Below are positions 50,208-59,354 of a DNA stretch of 64,000 bases, one piece after another; the stretch's first letter is position 1; each line of letters opens with the position of its first letter. The position numbers and the translations under genes were made by a program. Under the pieces are notes generated by a model. That model was given only the letters and a program-made list of their open reading frames with translations, made no database searches and had not been told where the DNA came from. This DNA comes from Candidatus Hydrothermus pacificus (lineage in GTDB: Bacteria > Hydrothermota > Hydrothermia > Hydrothermales > Hydrothermaceae). Location: contig MTOH01000018.1 in NCBI GenBank assembly GCA_002011615.1, forward strand, positions 1,749-65,748, in the 5' to 3' direction.

Positions 50208-51074
50208 ATGAGAATCGGATTCATAGGACTTGGAATGATGGGTAGGCCAATGGCGAAAAATTTAATGAAAGAATTCGGAAAATTAAACTTGTGGAACAGG
50301 ACAAAAGAAAAAGCAAAAAACCTCTTAAAACAAAAAGGGATATGGATGAAAACCCCTTCTGAACTTGCCAAAAATTCTGATTTGATCTTTTTGGTGCTGG
50401 AAGATAAAAAAGCAGTTGAAGAAGTAATATTTGGAGACAAAGGTTTATGGAAAGGATTAAATAAAGATTCCACCGTTATTGACATGACCACAAATCTGCC
50501 CGAGTATTCAATCTCTCTTTATAAAAAGCTAAGGGAAAAGAACATCCATTTTATTGACGCACCTGTGCTTGGCACAATCCCTCATGCTGAAAACAAAGAA
50601 CTCCTGATAATTGCAGGTGGAGATAAAAATACTTTTAAGAAGGTAAAAAAATATCTTGACGCGATGTCCCGTAAAACTATCTATATTGGCAAACCAGGAA
50701 GCGGGGCTTATCTCAAGTTATTCATAAATATTCTCGGTGCTGTAAGTATTGCTATTTTATCAGAAGGACTTGTTTATCTCGAAAAGGCAAAAATTGACAG
50801 AAAAAAAGCAATTGAAATACTATCAGAAATAACATTTGGAAGCAGTGCAATGGTTATTAAAGGAAAAAATATTTTAGCAAACAATTTTAAGCCCTTTTTT
50901 AAACTAAAACTAATGGAAAAGGATGCAAGGTATTTTGTTGAAACTTCCAGGAAGATTGATTCACCCTCGATTATAAGTTCAGTTGTGTCTGAAATATACA
51001 GAATCGGAAAAAGGAAAAATCTTTCCAATCTTGATTTTGGTGCGGTGTATAAAATTTACAAAGAATTAATTTGA
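50208..51074 (+). CDS. NAD(P)-dependent beta-hydroxyacid dehydrogenase family oxidoreductase (HIBADH/6-PGDH-like)
   Basis: Rossmann GxGxxG at the N-terminus (MRIGFIGLGMMGRPMAKNL). Start set at ATG 50208, preceded by SD aaggag. The track's 50151 start adds 19 non-conserved residues. Confidence 0.75.
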   Translation: MRIGFIGLGMMGRPMAKNLMKEFGKLNLWNRTKEKAKNLLKQKGIWMKTPSELAKNSDLIFLVLEDKKAVEEVIFGDKGLWKGLNKDSTVIDMTTNLPEYSISLYKKLREKNIHFIDAPVLGTIPHAENKELLIIAGGDKNTFKKVKKYLDAMSRKTIYIGKPGSGAYLKLFINILGAVSIAILSEGLVYLEKAKIDRKKAIEILSEITFGSSAMVIKGKNILANNFKPFFKLKLMEKDARYFVETSRKIDSPSIISSVVSEIYRIGKRKNLSNLDFGAVYKIYKELI

Positions 51075-51108
51075 AATTTAAAGGATTTTCTATTATAATT
51101 TAAGCTAT

Positions 51109-52665
51109 ATGAACATTATTTTGACATTTTTTATACTAACTCAGGTAACACCTGAATGGATAAAAAGATATCCGGCAAATTCAGAGGGAAAAAAGATTTT
51201 TTACAGGGATGGCTATGTGTACACAGGAGGCATAAAATACCTGAATGATACAACAATAGCAAGTATTGTTTTAAAGTATGACACTACAGGAAACTTAATT
51301 CAGGAATATGAATATACCTCTCCCTGGCAAAGAGCGTCTATTTTAAAGGACTTTGTGGTTGATGATTCAGGGAATATATATATTGCGTCTGCAATCTATC
51401 ATCCTGATTCAGGATATGACTACGGTATTTTGAAATTTAAAGAAAACGGAGACATGGCATGGGAATTCATACACGGAGAACTTGAAGGTGGAGACGATGT
51501 TCCGGTTACCATTAAAATTGGAAAAGATAAAAAAATTTATGCAACTGGATATATTTACGGATGCTGTGGCGCAAATTTTGATTTCTTCACAGTAAAACTC
51601 ACTCCTCAGGGCACGAAAGTATGGCAGAATATGTATGGTTATCTTCTTGACTCACCTGATAAAGCAACAGATATGGCAATTGATGAAGATGGCAATATAT
51701 GGATATGCGGAATTACCTATGACACAAACATGACCTATCAGGGTCTTGTTGTGCTGAAATATGACACAATGGCAACTCCTCTATTTACTGATGTTTACAA
51801 TCCTGTTGATACATTTATATTTCCAAACAAAATACATTCAGATAATCTGGGTAATATATATGTGGTTGGAAATCATATTGAAAGAGGTAACTCCGATTAC
51901 CTCATAGCAAAATATTCTATACAGGGCATAAGGGAATGGATATTAACATACGGCGAAGACCCTCAAAGACAGGAAACAGCCAACTCCTGTGGAACTGACA
52001 GTCTGGGTAATCTCTATGTTACAGGAGCAAGTGTAGAAGATATAATGACTTTAAAAATAACACCCGATTCAAACATAATATGCAATTTGAGATACGATTA
52101 TGCGGGTGGGATGGATGCAGGATATGACATAAAGGTTGAAAAATACGGCAACTCGTATATCACAGGCTGGAGTGAAAACGCAAATGGTGATATGGATTTT
52201 GTAACTATAAGCTACAGATTCTGCGGTGCTCAGCTGTGGGCAGTAAGATATGATGGAACTAATCTTAACGACTATTCATACTCCATTGTATTAAAAGACA
52301 CTGATGAGGTATATATTGCAGGGACAAGCGATAGTGTAACAAATGACACAATTTCAAACATGGTAATAATAAAATATGTGGAAGGACAGGGCATAAAAGA
52401 AAATACAGGATACAGGATACAGGATGCAGAATTAAAAATCTCTACAATAACAAAAGACAAATTGATTTTGCCATTTCACCATTTCAGCAATTCACCATTA
52501 TACCTTTATATCTATAACAAATCAGGAAGAAAAATAATAAAAATTCCTGTGAGGGGAGAGATATTAAACTTAAAAAAACTAAATATTGGCTCAGGAGCCT
52601 ATTTTATAAAATTAGAGTCTAAAAATTACAAAGGAACACAAAAAATAATATTTTTAAAAAAATAA
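51109..52665 (+). CDS. secreted SBBP-type beta-propeller repeat protein with T9SS C-terminal sorting domain
   Basis: About five repeats of the pattern G-x-IY-x-TG/AG ... DFxTVKY/LKYD. C-terminus LYLYIYNKSGRKIIKI...GSGAYFIKLESKNYKGTQKIIFLKK fits the T9SS CTD pattern. Confidence 0.6.
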   Translation: MNIILTFFILTQVTPEWIKRYPANSEGKKIFYRDGYVYTGGIKYLNDTTIASIVLKYDTTGNLIQEYEYTSPWQRASILKDFVVDDSGNIYIASAIYHPDSGYDYGILKFKENGDMAWEFIHGELEGGDDVPVTIKIGKDKKIYATGYIYGCCGANFDFFTVKLTPQGTKVWQNMYGYLLDSPDKATDMAIDEDGNIWICGITYDTNMTYQGLVVLKYDTMATPLFTDVYNPVDTFIFPNKIHSDNLGNIYVVGNHIERGNSDYLIAKYSIQGIREWILTYGEDPQRQETANSCGTDSLGNLYVTGASVEDIMTLKITPDSNIICNLRYDYAGGMDAGYDIKVEKYGNSYITGWSENANGDMDFVTISYRFCGAQLWAVRYDGTNLNDYSYSIVLKDTDEVYIAGTSDSVTNDTISNMVIIKYVEGQGIKENTGYRIQDAELKISTITKDKLILPFHHFSNSPLYLYIYNKSGRKIIKIPVRGEILNLKKLNIGSGAYFIKLESKNYKGTQKIIFLKK

Positions 52666-52671
52666 TTTTAT

Positions 52672-53325
52672 TCATTTAGATTCTACCAGTCTTTCAATTA
52701 GTTCTTCCAGCTCTTTAAATTTTTCAATTTTATAATCGGCTTTTTCAATTTCCCTTTTACCAAATCCATACATTGCCCCTATGAATACGATTCCATTTTT
52801 AAAAGCAGCCATCATATCATGATACCTGTCGCCTATCATAAAAGCCATCTCAGGCTTATGTTTTTCAAGTATCTCTCCTACCATTCTGTCTTTGGTTTCT
52901 CCTTTATTAAGTGGATATCTTATATCGCTAAAAATCTCTAAAAGGTCGAATTTCTTCAACACCTTTTCTATATATTCTTTAATTCCATTGGAACACAGAG
53001 AAAGGGTATAGCCCTTTTTCTTAAATTTCTGGAGTATTTCTCTGACCTCTGAATAGAGTTTCCCACTTTTCTCAACCTCAGAATACTCATAATCATCCAT
53101 TTTCTGGAGAACTTTATCTATGTTATCTTTAAAATTCTTTGTCTTGAGATATTCCCAGAACTTATAATCGGGCTCACCTATAAATTTTATCGCCTCTTCT
53201 TCATTATATTCAATTCCGTATTCTTTAAAGAGCCTTTTAAGAGCAGGTAAAAATGATGTTGCTGAATTATAAAGAGTTCCATCAAGGTCAAAAATTAAAA
53301 GCACTTTTTTAAAGGACTTTTTCAT
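52672..53325 (-). CDS. HAD-superfamily hydrolase (phosphatase-like)
   Basis: Motif I LLIFDLDGTLYNS, motif III K, motif IV GDRYHDMMAA. Start trimmed to the internal Met (MKKSFKKVLLIFDLDG) so the DxD motif sits at the usual distance. The track's start is at 53370. Confidence 0.7.
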   Translation of the reverse strand: MKKSFKKVLLIFDLDGTLYNSATSFLPALKRLFKEYGIEYNEEEAIKFIGEPDYKFWEYLKTKNFKDNIDKVLQKMDDYEYSEVEKSGKLYSEVREILQKFKKKGYTLSLCSNGIKEYIEKVLKKFDLLEIFSDIRYPLNKGETKDRMVGEILEKHKPEMAFMIGDRYHDMMAAFKNGIVFIGAMYGFGKREIEKADYKIEKFKELEELIERLVESK

Positions 53326-54871
53326 TTTCAAATTTAAATCCTGCATGAATAAAAGTTTCTCTTTGCTCACCTGTTATTTCATAAAATCCCGCATATATCT
53401 TTATATTTCTTAATTTTAAATTTAAATCAAGGGAAATTATACCACCCTGTCCATAGAGAGGTAAGAATTCATAATAAGGGAAAAATGTGGAATTGTAAAA
53501 ATAAATTCTCGAATTATAATCCTGTGTATTAAAAGTTCCACAGGAAAACCTCAAAAATTTATATTTAACTGAACCTGCAATCAGACTGCCACAGGATAAA
53601 TCCCCATCACTTTCTGCAATCAGATATTGAAATTTTAAATTAAAAAATCTATATTTAAAACCCATCCCATATCTTTTTCTTTTATATGAAGACAGTGTAT
53701 TTTTGTAATCTATTTTTAATGAGACTTTATTTAAATTTTTAGATTCTGCCCAACAATAGGTTTTGTATAAATAATCAGATTCAGAGTTCTTTCTGTAAAT
53801 AAGAACATAACCTCCTGTTCTTAAAAAAATTAAACTAAATCTGCTGAATACTGAAAAACCTTTTTCATCCCTTGCATAATTTGTTTGTGAAATGTAAGAT
53901 GAGTGAAGGTCATAGTTTTTTTCAGAAATTTTATAAAGTATAAATCCATTCTTGAAATTAGAAAATCTGGCAAAGAAAGAATTGTCAAAGGGCAGGTATT
54001 CAAGGTTGAAAAGGAAATTTTTGTAAGGCAAAGAAAAATCAATTGACGCCTGATAGAACTCTTTTTTATTTAAGAAATCGGGTCTTTTTGATAGATGATT
54101 CCTTTCAAACATACCTGAGATGGAACAGATTTTATTTCTAAAAATCAAGCCTATTCCTGTTTTTTCTTCTCTGAATTTATCAGAACCACTGTAATATGTA
54201 ATAAAACCCCGGGAAGTATCTGCCAGAAACTCTTTTGATGAAAAGTAGAATAAAAAATATTTATAGAAAAAGTAAACACCCTTTAATCCATTGTTATATA
54301 AAGAAGAGGAGATATATCTGCTTTCAGGAACAAATGGAAATTTTTTATCGAAGTTATAAAAAAAGGAGGAAAACCCGTATAAAAGTCCGCATCCCTTGTT
54401 TATAAAATAATCACCTGCAATAAATTTAAAATCTTTTCTGTCAAATATATATGAAAATCTTAAAATTTCATGACTCCCTAGATTTTTACTCCATAGAAAA
54501 TTTATGAAATTATTTTGCTGGTAAAAGCTAAATCTATTTACAATCTTTGTGTTTTTTTCCCAGTAAGAAAGAATTGAGAATCTTCTTTTTTTCAAATCAA
54601 ATTCAAAATATTTTTCAAAGATACTGTCAGGCAATACAATACCTGTTCTTTTTTTAAAATCATTCAAGTTTTTAAAGTAACCTTTTTTTCTCTGGCAGAT
54701 TATATTATCAACATTATTTTCATTTAGGAAAGGAAATAAAAGCATTTTATCTTTCTCATCATAGTTTGGATTTATAATGATTTCATCAAAATACACCTCT
54801 ATATCTTCTTTTATCTCTTCTTCATCAAAGAAATTGAAAACAAAAATACAAAGGATTAAAGATAAAGGCAT
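53309..54871 (-). CDS. Y/F-rich hypothetical protein, probable outer-membrane beta-barrel with N-terminal HhH-like (ComEA-like) segment
   Basis: Hydrophobic N-terminus. Segment ICQRKKGYFKNLNDFKKRTGI resembles a helix-hairpin-helix. The remaining ~400 aa are rich in alternating aromatic residues and end ...AGFKFENEKVL. Confidence 0.3.
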   Translation of the reverse strand: MPLSLILCIFVFNFFDEEEIKEDIEVYFDEIIINPNYDEKDKMLLFPFLNENNVDNIICQRKKGYFKNLNDFKKRTGIVLPDSIFEKYFEFDLKKRRFSILSYWEKNTKIVNRFSFYQQNNFINFLWSKNLGSHEILRFSYIFDRKDFKFIAGDYFINKGCGLLYGFSSFFYNFDKKFPFVPESRYISSSLYNNGLKGVYFFYKYFLFYFSSKEFLADTSRGFITYYSGSDKFREEKTGIGLIFRNKICSISGMFERNHLSKRPDFLNKKEFYQASIDFSLPYKNFLFNLEYLPFDNSFFARFSNFKNGFILYKISEKNYDLHSSYISQTNYARDEKGFSVFSRFSLIFLRTGGYVLIYRKNSESDYLYKTYCWAESKNLNKVSLKIDYKNTLSSYKRKRYGMGFKYRFFNLKFQYLIAESDGDLSCGSLIAGSVKYKFLRFSCGTFNTQDYNSRIYFYNSTFFPYYEFLPLYGQGGIISLDLNLKLRNIKIYAGFYEITGEQRETFIHAGFKFENEKVL

Positions 54872-55752
54872 CAGTGGTCCCTTTCTACTATAAAATCAAA
54901 AAGAAACTCAAGAAAATCCCTCTCTTTATTTTTTCTAAAATTCTTAATCAGAATCTCTTTTGCTTTTTCTTTTAACTTTAAAGCCTTGTCTTTTGCTTTT
55001 TCAATGCCATAAACCTTTACATAGGTCATCTTGTTAACATCCTTTTTAAGTTTTTTCCCTACTCTTTTTTCATCGCCGGTTTCATCAAGTATATCATCAA
55101 CAATCTGAAATGCCAGACCCATTTTAAGTCCCATTTCTTCAAGGGCTTTCAATTTTTTAAATTTTTTAGCAAATATACCACCTATTAAAAAACAGGCTTT
55201 AAAAAATTCTGCGGTTTTTAAAAGGTGAATTTTTCTCAAATATGCGGGGTCCGGCCTTTTCCTTTCCCCTTCAATATCGTATATCTCACCTCCTATAACC
55301 CCCGCAGGTCCTATTGACTTTAAAAGTATATCAAGAGCCTTAACTTTTAATTTATCAGGAGCTTTGCTTTTCAAAAAGACTTCAATTCCGTAAATAAAAA
55401 GGGCATTACCTGTCAGAATTGCGGTTGCCTCATCAAATTTTTTATGGACGGTCGGCAATCCTCTTCTCAAATCATCATTGTCTATTGCTGGGAGGTCATC
55501 GTGGACAAGAGAAAAGGTATGAATCATTTCAACGGCACACGCAGAAGGGATAATCCAGCTTTTATTTTTACCACCACAGAGTTTGTAAACTGAAATCAGT
55601 GTAACAGGTCTTATCCTTTTTCCACCTGCCTTTAGAGGATATGGAACCGACCTCTTTAAAGTAAGAGGAGTTTTTTTATCAAACTTTAGAAACTCAAGAA
55701 TTGCCTTATCAACCTGTTTCTTTCTTTTCTCAAACTCTTTTAAAAAGTCCAT
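54871..55752 (-). CDS. ispA: polyprenyl diphosphate synthase (farnesyl/geranylgeranyl diphosphate synthase)
   Basis: First and second Asp-rich motifs LVHDDLPAIDNDDLRRG and FQIVDDILD. Confidence 0.85.
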   Translation of the reverse strand: MDFLKEFEKRKKQVDKAILEFLKFDKKTPLTLKRSVPYPLKAGGKRIRPVTLISVYKLCGGKNKSWIIPSACAVEMIHTFSLVHDDLPAIDNDDLRRGLPTVHKKFDEATAILTGNALFIYGIEVFLKSKAPDKLKVKALDILLKSIGPAGVIGGEIYDIEGERKRPDPAYLRKIHLLKTAEFFKACFLIGGIFAKKFKKLKALEEMGLKMGLAFQIVDDILDETGDEKRVGKKLKKDVNKMTYVKVYGIEKAKDKALKLKEKAKEILIKNFRKNKERDFLEFLFDFIVERDH

Positions 55753-55790
55753 AGAGGTTAATTATAAGTGCAATTTTTAAAAATTATCAA

Positions 55791-56249
55791 TCATTTATGA
55801 TAACCCGTTTTTTTAATTATTGTAAATGCACGATATATCTGTTCGTAAATTATTAACCTTGCGAGTTCATGAGGAAATGTCATTTTTGAGAAAGAAAGAA
55901 TTAAATCAAATTCACTGAATATCCTCTCATCAACTCCCCATGCTCCACCTATCACAAAATTAATTTTTTTACGTTCATTGATTAATTTCTCTATGAGTTT
56001 TGAAAAATTCTCAGAGGAAAACATTTTCCCTTTCCTGTCCAGCAGGATTCTAAAGTTTCTATGATTTATTGCTTTCAATATTCTTTCGCTCTCCCTTTTT
56101 ATCGCAATTTTTCCGGGGTCCTTATCTTTTTCTGGTTTAATTTCAACTTCTTCAATTTTTATAAAACACTCTATTCTTTTTTTATGAACTTCAATAATCT
56201 CTTTAAGATTTTTATCTTTTATTTTTCCAACCGCTATTATTTTTATCAT
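55791..56249 (-). CDS. rlmH: 23S rRNA (pseudouridine1915-N3)-methyltransferase RlmH
   Basis: SPOUT-fold RlmH family. IIAVGKIKDK... and C-terminal FSKMTFPHELARLIIYEQIYRA. Confidence 0.82.
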   Translation of the reverse strand: MIKIIAVGKIKDKNLKEIIEVHKKRIECFIKIEEVEIKPEKDKDPGKIAIKRESERILKAINHRNFRILLDRKGKMFSSENFSKLIEKLINERKKINFVIGGAWGVDERIFSEFDLILSFSKMTFPHELARLIIYEQIYRAFTIIKKTGYHK

Positions 56250-56293
56250 ATTGACTAAAATTATACTTTATTCATCTTTGCATTGACAATCTC

Positions 56294-56749
56294 ATGGGTT
56301 TTATTTTAAAATTAAACAAAATAATGAAAAATTTTGTGCTTAATCTTCTTCTTTTTATAACGATAGGGATTGTGGCGATTTTTTCCTACTCAATGGTGCA
56401 AAGGTATATTTTAAAGAGAAAAACTGAAAATATAATCTCAAAGAAAAGTTTAAGGGTTGAAGTTTTAAATGGCACAGAAGTCCCTAAACTGGCACAGAGA
56501 GTAACAGCAGAGTTAAGAGAGAGAGGATTTGATGTGGTTTATTTTGGGAACTCCAGGGTGGAAGTAAGCATCACATGTATATTTGACAGAAAATCACCTG
56601 ATTTAAAGGCTGGAAAACTACTTGAGAAGGAAATAGGATGTTCAAAGGTTTATTTTGAAGCTGACCCTGACAATTTAATAGATGTAACACTTTTACTTGG
56701 TAAAGATTATAAAAAGTATTTTCCTGAAATTGAACAAGAGTGGGAATAA
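56294..56749 (+). CDS. membrane-anchored LytR_C (LytR/CpsA/Psr C-terminal) domain protein
   Basis: N-terminal TM helix. VEVLNGTEVPKLAQRVTAELRERGFDVVYFGNS matches the LytR C-terminal domain. Confidence 0.5.
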   Translation: MGFILKLNKIMKNFVLNLLLFITIGIVAIFSYSMVQRYILKRKTENIISKKSLRVEVLNGTEVPKLAQRVTAELRERGFDVVYFGNSRVEVSITCIFDRKSPDLKAGKLLEKEIGCSKVYFEADPDNLIDVTLLLGKDYKKYFPEIEQEWE

Positions 56750-57110
56750 AATACCTGATGTTGTAAACAAAGTATTTAAAATCCTCTATGATAAAAAGGC
56801 AGAGGATTTACTCCTGATAGATGTAAGCAGAGTCCTGACAGGCATATGTGATTACTTCATACTTGCAACTGGCTACACTGAGGACCATCTGCGAGGGTTA
56901 TCAGAAGAAATAGAAAAGAAAATGAAGGAGGAAGGAATTCTTCCCCATCACATTGAGGGTTATGAAAAAGGAGTATGGATACTCATGGATTACGATGACT
57001 TTGTTATACATCTTTTCCTTGATGAGACCAGAAAGTATTACGACCTTGAGTCCCTCTGGGGAGACCAAAAAACTTACGGAGTGAGAGATGTCCTTAAGAA
57101 AAAGGATTGA
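56697..57110 (+). CDS. rsfS: ribosome silencing factor RsfS (Iojap family)
   Basis: DYFILATGYTEDHLRGLSEEIEKKMKEEGILPHHIEGYEKGVWILMDYDDFVIHLF. True start is probably downstream of the 53-nt overlap with the previous gene, but there is no in-frame ATG there. Confidence 0.78.
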   Translation: MVKIIKSIFLKLNKSGNKIPDVVNKVFKILYDKKAEDLLLIDVSRVLTGICDYFILATGYTEDHLRGLSEEIEKKMKEEGILPHHIEGYEKGVWILMDYDDFVIHLFLDETRKYYDLESLWGDQKTYGVRDVLKKKD

Positions 57111-58677
57111 GGAAACCGTTGAAAATTACATAAGAAAAAACTGGAAAGTGGATAAAAAAATTGTCTTTGAAAAGCCAAAAAATCCTGATTACGGAGATTA
57201 TGCCCTTCCTCTTTTCATTTTGTCCAGATTAAAAAAAGAAAGCCCTGAAAAGATTTTCCAGGAAATAAAAAAGGTTGTTGAGGAAGAATTTAAAGGTTAT
57301 GTTGAGGAGTTAAATTTCTTAAAAGGATTTTTAAATTTAAGACTCTCATATGATGCGCTTATTTCCAACCTGAAGGAGATTTTGAAAAAGAAAGAAAATT
57401 TTGGAAAGGCTGATACCGGTAAAAATAAAAGAGTGAACCTTGAATTTGTCTCAGCAAACCCAACAGGTCCTTTAAATATAGCCAATGCAAGAGCTGCCTC
57501 AATGGGTGACACCCTTGCAAATCTTTTAGAAAATGCGGGCTTTTATGTAGAAAGGGAATACTATGTGAATGATTCTGGAAATCAGGTCAAAGTTCTTGAG
57601 AAATCTCTGAATGCGAGAATAAAAGAATTAAAGGGAGAAAAGGTAGAATTTCCCGAAGATGGCTATCCAGGAGAATATCTTGTAGAAATAGCAAAAGAGA
57701 TTATAGAAAAGGATATAAAAAATCCTGTTGAATATGCAGTAGACAAAATACTTGAATCTCAAAAGGAATCCCTTTTAAAAATAGGGGTCAAGTTTAAAAA
57801 CTTTGTAAGGGAAAGTGAAATAAGGAAAAACAGAAAAGTTGAGAAGGTTCTCGAGAAACTGAAAAAGCATACTTATGAAAAAGAAAAAGCCCTTTATTTT
57901 AAATCAACGGAATTTGGTGATGATAAGGACAGGGTTCTGATAAAAAGCGCGGGTGAGCCCACCTATTTTCTCGTTGACCTCGCCTATCACCTTGACAAAA
58001 TAGAGAGAGGATTTGAGATATTGATAGATATATGGGGACCTGACCATCATGGATACATAGGAAGGATGAAGGCAGGGCTAAAGGCTCTGGGATTTGAAAA
58101 TTTTGAAGTTTTAATAGCCCAGCAGGTTAATTTAAAAAAGGGGAAAGAAACAGTGAAGATGTCAAAGAGAAAGGGGATTTATTATACGATGGATGAACTC
58201 ATTGAAGAGGCTGGAAAGGATGCAATAAGGATGTTTATGCTATTAAAGAGTTTTGAATCGCCCCTTGAATTCGATATAGAACTTGCAAGAAAAACAGGGG
58301 TTGAAAACCCTGTTTATTATCTTCAATACATGCATGCAAGATGTGTGAATGTAAGAAAATTTGCAGAGGAAAAGGGTATAACCGCGGATAGTTTTGAAGG
58401 AAGGTATTTAGAAGGAGAAGATGAAAGAAAAGTTCTTGTAATGCTATTTTATTTTAAAGATATTCTTGAAAAATCCGCAATCTTTAAATCCCCTCATCTC
58501 CTGCCCCATTTTCTTTTAGAACTTGCAGGAGTGTATCATTCATACTATCAGAAAAAAAGGATTGTAGGAGATGATATTAAGGTTTCAAGAGCAAGGCTTG
58601 CCCTAAACAATGCCTGTGAATACATTATTAAAAAAGGCTTAAAATTAATGGGGATTAACGCACCGGAGAGAATGTGA
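57088..58677 (+). CDS. argS: arginine--tRNA ligase
   Basis: SANPTGPLNIANARAASMGD (HIGH-region equivalent of ArgRS), KMSKRKG, C-terminal DALR anticodon-binding domain. Confidence 0.9.
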   Translation: MSLRKRIEETVENYIRKNWKVDKKIVFEKPKNPDYGDYALPLFILSRLKKESPEKIFQEIKKVVEEEFKGYVEELNFLKGFLNLRLSYDALISNLKEILKKKENFGKADTGKNKRVNLEFVSANPTGPLNIANARAASMGDTLANLLENAGFYVEREYYVNDSGNQVKVLEKSLNARIKELKGEKVEFPEDGYPGEYLVEIAKEIIEKDIKNPVEYAVDKILESQKESLLKIGVKFKNFVRESEIRKNRKVEKVLEKLKKHTYEKEKALYFKSTEFGDDKDRVLIKSAGEPTYFLVDLAYHLDKIERGFEILIDIWGPDHHGYIGRMKAGLKALGFENFEVLIAQQVNLKKGKETVKMSKRKGIYYTMDELIEEAGKDAIRMFMLLKSFESPLEFDIELARKTGVENPVYYLQYMHARCVNVRKFAEEKGITADSFEGRYLEGEDERKVLVMLFYFKDILEKSAIFKSPHLLPHFLLELAGVYHSYYQKKRIVGDDIKVSRARLALNNACEYIIKKGLKLMGINAPERM

Positions 58678-59354
58678 TGGATAAAGAGGGAGTTGTTGAA
58701 TTCTTTGAGGTTACAAAAGTTTACAGGGGAAGATATTATGCCCTGAGAGATATAACTCTTTCAATTAAAAAAGGAGAATTCATATTCCTGGTGGGTCCTT
58801 CTGGTGCAGGTAAAACCACGCTTTTAAAAACCATGTATATGGAGGAACTTCCTGAAGAAGGTGAGGTAAAGGTTCTGGGAATCTCACACAGAGGTATAAC
58901 AAAAAAAGACATAGCTTTTTTAAGAAGAAAAATAGGAATAGTTTTTCAGGATTTCAGGCTTTTACCCGATAGAAACGCCCTTGAGAATGTTACTTTTTCC
59001 CTTGAAAGTATAGGTGTTTCATATAAAGATGCAAGGGAAAAAGCCCTTAAAATTCTTACTGACCTAGGACTTGCAACAAAGGCAGATAACGAAATATTTG
59101 ACCTGTCTGGCGGTGAACAGCAGAAAATATGCATAGCCAGAGCACTTGTAAGAGAACCCGTAATTTTGATTGCAGATGAACCCACAGGAAATATAGACCC
59201 GAAATCTCAGGATGAAATAATAGACCTCCTGGTAAATATACACGGAAAAGGCACAACTGTCATAATGGCAACCCATAACTATACTCTGCTGGAGAGAATT
59301 CCTGTTAAAAGGACTGTGCATCTTGAAAGAGGTGAGATTAAAAAGGTCTCTTAG
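58674..59354 (+). CDS. ftsE: FtsE-like ABC transporter ATP-binding protein
   Basis: Walker A GPSGAGKTTL, LSGGEQQ signature, Walker B ILIADEPTGNID. Collinear with E. coli FtsE. No ftsX-like permease gene follows. Confidence 0.6.
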   Translation: MMDKEGVVEFFEVTKVYRGRYYALRDITLSIKKGEFIFLVGPSGAGKTTLLKTMYMEELPEEGEVKVLGISHRGITKKDIAFLRRKIGIVFQDFRLLPDRNALENVTFSLESIGVSYKDAREKALKILTDLGLATKADNEIFDLSGGEQQKICIARALVREPVILIADEPTGNIDPKSQDEIIDLLVNIHGKGTTVIMATHNYTLLERIPVKRTVHLERGEIKKVS

